Shown here: positions 16,571-20,000 of the stretch, piece by piece
How the letters are laid out: the number at the start of each line of letters is the position of its first letter
How positions within the stretch are numbered: position 1 is the stretch's first letter
From: an uncultured virus (IMG/VR IMGVR_UViG_3300043029_000019)
Lineage: Duplodnaviria > Heunggongvirae > Uroviricota > Caudoviricetes
Strand: one strand, 5' to 3'
Length of the DNA: 20,000 nt
Virus record (IMG/VR): IMGVR_UViG_3300043029_000019
Notes under the pieces: model-generated
What the model saw: only the letters and a program-made list of their open reading frames with translations
Databases searched by the model: none
What the model was told of the DNA's origin: nothing
Made by a program: the position numbers and the translations under genes

Positions 16571-18079
16571 TTACGCTGTCTTCCAGCTTCCCTTCTTACG
16601 CCTGCGGCTTCCTTTGGTGGCCGGCACATACCGATACCCGCGGGCCAGTGTTTCCAGTGCGTCATAACCGTGCATCGCCCAATCGTGCCGCGGGCGGTTC
16701 TTCCAGCATCCGTTGTGGTCGTCCCATTCGCGCCGGAAGTTGTCCAGACACTTGATCCCTTCGCTGCAGGACTCTTCATCGAACCAGCATGTTGGCAGGA
16801 ATTGCCGCGTCTCCTGGATCGCCGTGTACTTATCGTCAATCCTGGGGACCACGACGATGTTTTGCATATTGGCGTCGGACAGGATCTGTTCAATGGTGCG
16901 CGGTTTTTCGTCGGCGCTCTTGGTGGATCCCATACGGCGCTGGCCGGCATCGTGCGGCAGAAAGTGTTGCCCCCAGATGTAACCGAGCCTTTGCATCTCC
17001 CGCCAGTAGTACAAAACGTCATCGTCGGATCCGGTCATATAGCCGATGATCCGGTTTTCCAGTCCCACCCGCTGATGGAACCAGATGCACATAAGGTCGT
17101 TGAGGCCGAAGTCCCAGGCGCTGTTAACCGGTATGCCAGGCTCATGCGGCACCGTGGTAATGCGTACATCCTTACGAAGCTTGGCCATCTGCTTGGCCAG
17201 ATAGGCCCCCTCGATGGCGGCGGCAAATGCTTCTTCGGGATAGCTGGGATGTTCTCGGGTCATATCGTCCTGCAACGTCTTGAGCTTCTCGGCGTACCAG
17301 GCTTTCTGAAACGGATCGAGCTGGACACCGGTAATCGCCTCGATCTCGGCAAAATACTTGGCCAGTTCCTTGGTAATGACCACGCCTTTCGGATTCAGCC
17401 GCTTACGAGGATCTTCCCACCAAGCGAAGAAATGCAGCTTGTACTGCAGCTTATTCGGCTTTTGCCCTGCCTGCTGCCGTTTCAAGGCCTCCATGCAGTA
17501 ATCGTAAAAGTAGCCGTCGTTGCCTTCAGCGGTGCTTTCGATAAAGATCATGTTGCCGGGGTGGACTGTTTCCAGGGTGCCGGTGACAATCTCCCGGGCC
17601 TTCTCGGGGAATTTGGCGCACAGCTTGCCGAACTCGGAGATATGCACCATCTGATAGGTGCCTGAACGCAAACTTGTCCCGACCTCGATCATGGACCCGT
17701 TCCCAAACTTGAGCTTCTTCGCGCTTTCGGTATCGGCCGGACGTGCGTTTTTCAACCCATCAGGAAGCTCGTCGTAGGGGAATTGCACCTTCTTTTCGTG
17801 GATCTTCTCCACGTCTTCCCGGGTATGGGCGTTGATACCCACCGAGTAATGATCCCGAAACAGCGCCTGATCCAAACCGAAAATCCCCAAAAAGGTGGTG
17901 AAACCCAACTGGCGGGCCTTAAGGATCAGGTTGAGGTACCACAGGTTTTCAATGAGCGTGGTTTGCGCTGCGTTCGGCCTGAACGGGGTCTTTTTGCCGT
18001 CCTCGTTCACGCAGTAATACAGGTTGTGCAGTCTCCACATTGGAGAGCTGAAATTTTCAATCAACTCAACGCGATTCAT
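16571..18079 (-). CDS. terL: Terminase large subunit
   Basis: 502 aa; Walker A ILKARQLGFTT, Walker B VHISEFG, motif III ESTAEG, nuclease WDFG, LPHDA and HDWAMHGYDA. Confidence 0.95.
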   Translation of the reverse strand: MNRVELIENFSSPMWRLHNLYYCVNEDGKKTPFRPNAAQTTLIENLWYLNLILKARQLGFTTFLGIFGLDQALFRDHYSVGINAHTREDVEKIHEKKVQFPYDELPDGLKNARPADTESAKKLKFGNGSMIEVGTSLRSGTYQMVHISEFGKLCAKFPEKAREIVTGTLETVHPGNMIFIESTAEGNDGYFYDYCMEALKRQQAGQKPNKLQYKLHFFAWWEDPRKRLNPKGVVITKELAKYFAEIEAITGVQLDPFQKAWYAEKLKTLQDDMTREHPSYPEEAFAAAIEGAYLAKQMAKLRKDVRITTVPHEPGIPVNSAWDFGLNDLMCIWFHQRVGLENRIIGYMTGSDDDVLYYWREMQRLGYIWGQHFLPHDAGQRRMGSTKSADEKPRTIEQILSDANMQNIVVVPRIDDKYTAIQETRQFLPTCWFDEESCSEGIKCLDNFRREWDDHNGCWKNRPRHDWAMHGYDALETLARGYRYVPATKGSRRRKKGSWKTA

Positions 18080-18702
18080 CCTCTTGAAACTTCTGTTACA
18101 AGCGCCCTTTCAATTGGCCAACCCCTTCTTATTCTGTTGCGCACGAGGTAATAATCTAGGCCGGCATTTTCTGCCAATTCGGCCAAGCTTTTTATTGCAC
18201 CTCGATACTCAACCAACTTGGTTCCCCTCCTATTCCTCATTTGCTCTTTTTGGGATGCCCATCGACAATTACTTGGTGCGTAATTTCCATTCACATCAAT
18301 CCGGTCAAGTGAATATTCAGAGCCGGGCTTCTCTCCCATGTCGGACAAAAAAGCCTCAAAGCTATTTCTCCACCTAGAGCAAACCTTTATGCCGCGTTCA
18401 CCGTAATGCTTGAATTTCTCCGAGCCGACTCTTTCACACCGGTCAATCATTCCAGTCCAAGCCTTGTACTCGGGCGTCCCCACTCTTCCATGAACAGAGA
18501 GCCTTTCTTTGCTTTTCTCGTTTCGCAAGCAGCCGCAACTTCTTGTGTCACCGTTTCGCAAAGACTGGCCAACTATTTCCGCCCGCTCGCCACAGTCACA
18601 CAGGCAAATCCAAGTTAGGTGTCCATTCCGATTTCTTTGCCCCTTCGCTACAACCAACAGCCGTCCAAACCTTTGGCCGATAAGATCAATAAGCTTGCCC
18701 AT
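18076..18702 (-). CDS. HNH-type (homing) endonuclease-like protein
   Basis: GQRFGRL, WICLCDCG, SCGC, YGERGIKVC.RW, F.AFL.DMG and SLDRIDVNGNY.PSNCRWA..KEQ.RN motifs; more AT-rich than its neighbours. Confidence 0.85.
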   Translation of the reverse strand: MGKLIDLIGQRFGRLLVVAKGQRNRNGHLTWICLCDCGERAEIVGQSLRNGDTRSCGCLRNEKSKERLSVHGRVGTPEYKAWTGMIDRCERVGSEKFKHYGERGIKVCSRWRNSFEAFLSDMGEKPGSEYSLDRIDVNGNYAPSNCRWASQKEQMRNRRGTKLVEYRGAIKSLAELAENAGLDYYLVRNRIRRGWPIERALVTEVSRG

Positions 18703-18728
18703 TGCGAACTCCTTCGCCTCACAATTTC

Positions 18729-18786
18729 AGCAGCGGCAGCGGAGGTGAGTAGGCTCCGTTTTCGCCTGGCCAGACTAGCCGCTACT
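18729..18786 (-). promoter_or_regulatory. Predicted three-way-junction RNA structure in the HNH gene leader
   Basis: Outer stem AGTAGCGGC/GCCGCTGCT enclosing GTCT-GGCC-AGGC and CGGAG-N9-CTCCG hairpins. Confidence 0.45.
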
Positions 18787-18798
18787 ATTCTTAATTTT

Positions 18799-19416
18799 TC
18801 ATTCACCGTCCTTGACCAGGCTGGCATTGCGCTGCGCAACTTCGTCCAGGACGGATTCAAGGTCGGAAACCGGGCCCTGCTTCTCGTCCAAATTGAAGGC
18901 TTGACGTTCAAGCGCGATCAGGTTTTTCATGGCCGTCGACAGGTCGCGGATGGTCCCAGCATGCCCCGGGAGGGAAACGGCCCGAAGCATTTGGTTGCGG
19001 CGCTTGACGTTGCTGTCACCGGCTGTCTCATCTTCAATGGCGTCCTCGATCTCGTCGCGGTTGGTTGCGGCTTCTTCGAGTTGCCCCATAAGGAGGCCAA
19101 CCAAGGTACGACCGTGATTTATGTCCTTGCGGTGAAGCCTGATAACTTCGGCCCCGCGTTCTGCAGCCGCCTCGACAACCTCGGCTTCGTTAACACTCGC
19201 GTTACCCTTGTTAACCTCTGTGTTAACCAGCTTAGCGTTAACCGCTTTTCGTACCTGGTTGCTCAGGTCGCGGTTCCACCCCTCCTTTTTGGCTTTCTTG
19301 GTGATTGCAGGAGCGGATACGCCGTATTCCCGACCGATTTCACGAATAGACAACTGGCCGGCGCGATACTCACGCTCAACGGCTTCCCAATCGATCTTTT
19401 TACGTTTATCTGCCAT
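18799..19416 (-). CDS. terS: Terminase small subunit
   Basis: Likely start ATG 19416 (MADKRKKIDWEAVEREYRAGQLSIREIGREYGVS..AI.KKAKKEGW.R, an N-terminal HTH); C-terminal LIALERQAFNLD; upstream of terL. Confidence 0.8.
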   Translation of the reverse strand: MADKRKKIDWEAVEREYRAGQLSIREIGREYGVSAPAITKKAKKEGWNRDLSNQVRKAVNAKLVNTEVNKGNASVNEAEVVEAAAERGAEVIRLHRKDINHGRTLVGLLMGQLEEAATNRDEIEDAIEDETAGDSNVKRRNQMLRAVSLPGHAGTIRDLSTAMKNLIALERQAFNLDEKQGPVSDLESVLDEVAQRNASLVKDGE

Positions 19417-19426
19417 TGTCCCGCCC

Positions 19427-19506
19427 AAAAAAAAACAAAAGCCCGGCAAAAGCCTTTCGGCCTGCCGGGCTCCCGGTCGCATCCTCCTGGAGGACCGTGA
19501 ATCACC
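19427..19506 (-). terminator. Intrinsic-terminator-like hairpin with conserved upstream motif (copy A of a repeated cis-element)
   Basis: Minus strand: GGTGATTCACGGTC-N14-GACC-GGG-AGCCCGGCA-GGCC-GAAA-GGCT-TT-TGCCGGGCT-TTTGTTTTTTTTT, ending 10 nt before the terS ATG. Confidence 0.75.
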
Positions 19507-19617
19507 TGTATCGTCAGTAGAGGCCTCCGCCTCTTTTCTGTCGGGGAATGGGCAGCGCTACCAATCAGCCCGTCGACCGATCACCCCTTGCGGAGTGCAT
19601 CCCCCTTCCCGTGTGAT

Positions 19618-19800
19618 TTAGAATTCAAGTGCTACCTGCGGGGGTTTGTCCACCCCGCCACAGTTCATGTGGATCTTTACGGTTACGGTGCCGCTGAATT
19701 GATCCCCAGCCAGATCTACAGCTTTGGGAACCATCTCACGGACCTTGGAGCATGCCCGGTTTACCAATTGATTTACCTTGCGTTCCGTGCCGTCTTTCAT
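19618..19800 (-). CDS. Small hypothetical protein (60 aa), first ORF of the late transcript
   Basis: ATG 19800 after a GGAGGGG RBS: MKDGTERKVNQLVNRACSKVREMVPKAVDLAGDQFSGTVTVKIHMNCGGVDKPPQVALEF. Confidence 0.65.
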   Translation of the reverse strand: MKDGTERKVNQLVNRACSKVREMVPKAVDLAGDQFSGTVTVKIHMNCGGVDKPPQVALEF

Positions 19801-19832
19801 CGCCCCTCCACATCCACTGAACATTTTTGATG

Positions 19833-19861
19833 AGTCTGCCAGAAAGCTCGGTGTAATGCAA
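19833..19861 (-). promoter_or_regulatory. Candidate sigma70-type promoter
   Basis: Minus strand TTGCAT-17 nt-CAGACT with an extended TG; AT-rich upstream region. Confidence 0.4.
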
Positions 19862-20000
19862 GGGGGTTTTGAATATAGACGATTACCCGAGGGTAGGTAA
19901 ATATCTCAACTTTCGCAGACGAAAAATATCTTTAACATGCTGAAATAAATAGACAAAAGCATCATCTCTTGTTGTAAAATAGGTTATCGCCAAACAACCT

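Noticed and set aside
16558..17022. N-terminal extension of the 288-aa ORF (likewise the extended starts at 999, 8891, 9482, 16208 and 19482)
   Set aside because: They overlap upstream genes or hairpins; downstream ATGs, most with a good RBS or stop-start coupling, fit better.
19507..19615. tRNA or known riboswitch in the terS leader
   Set aside because: No T-loop (TTCRA) or cloverleaf, and no riboswitch consensus I recognise; kept only as an unknown structured leader.
19981..20000. Inverted repeat AGGTT-N10-AACCT
   Set aside because: Only 5-bp arms, at the window edge, single occurrence; cannot be supported as an operator.

Overview
This window is the late (morphogenesis) operon of a podovirus-like tailed phage or prophage, encoded entirely on the minus strand. 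In transcription order it carries: an AT-rich putative promoter, a 60-aa ORF, a structured leader, terminase small subunit, an HNH-type endonuclease, terminase large subunit, and an accessory block (Zn-ribbon/Acb2-Tad1-like hairpin protein, RyR-domain protein, small hypotheticals). These are followed by a P22-like portal, an acidic scaffold with a perfect 84-bp tandem repeat, a 58-aa CsrA/RsmA-like ORF absent from the ORF track, an N4-gp56/DUF4043-type major capsid and a decoration-like protein. A second accessory block follows (HTH protein, Cys-rich mini-proteins, dATP/dGTP diphosphohydrolase-like, P-loop kinase), then adaptor and tail proteins, a tail fibre, a GNAT-like protein and putative ejection proteins. 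The most notable signals are three. (1) A repeated cis-element (GGTGATT[C/G]ACGGTC..GACC..AGCCCG-hairpin-CGGGCT-U tract) occurs twice, 17.5 kb apart, each copy directly in front of a late-gene block. (2) A phage CsrA-like gene sits next to GGA-loop hairpins at structural-gene ribosome-binding sites. (3) A candidate anti-defence nucleotide-sponge cluster lies between terL and portal. All family calls come from motif recognition by eye; no searches were run.
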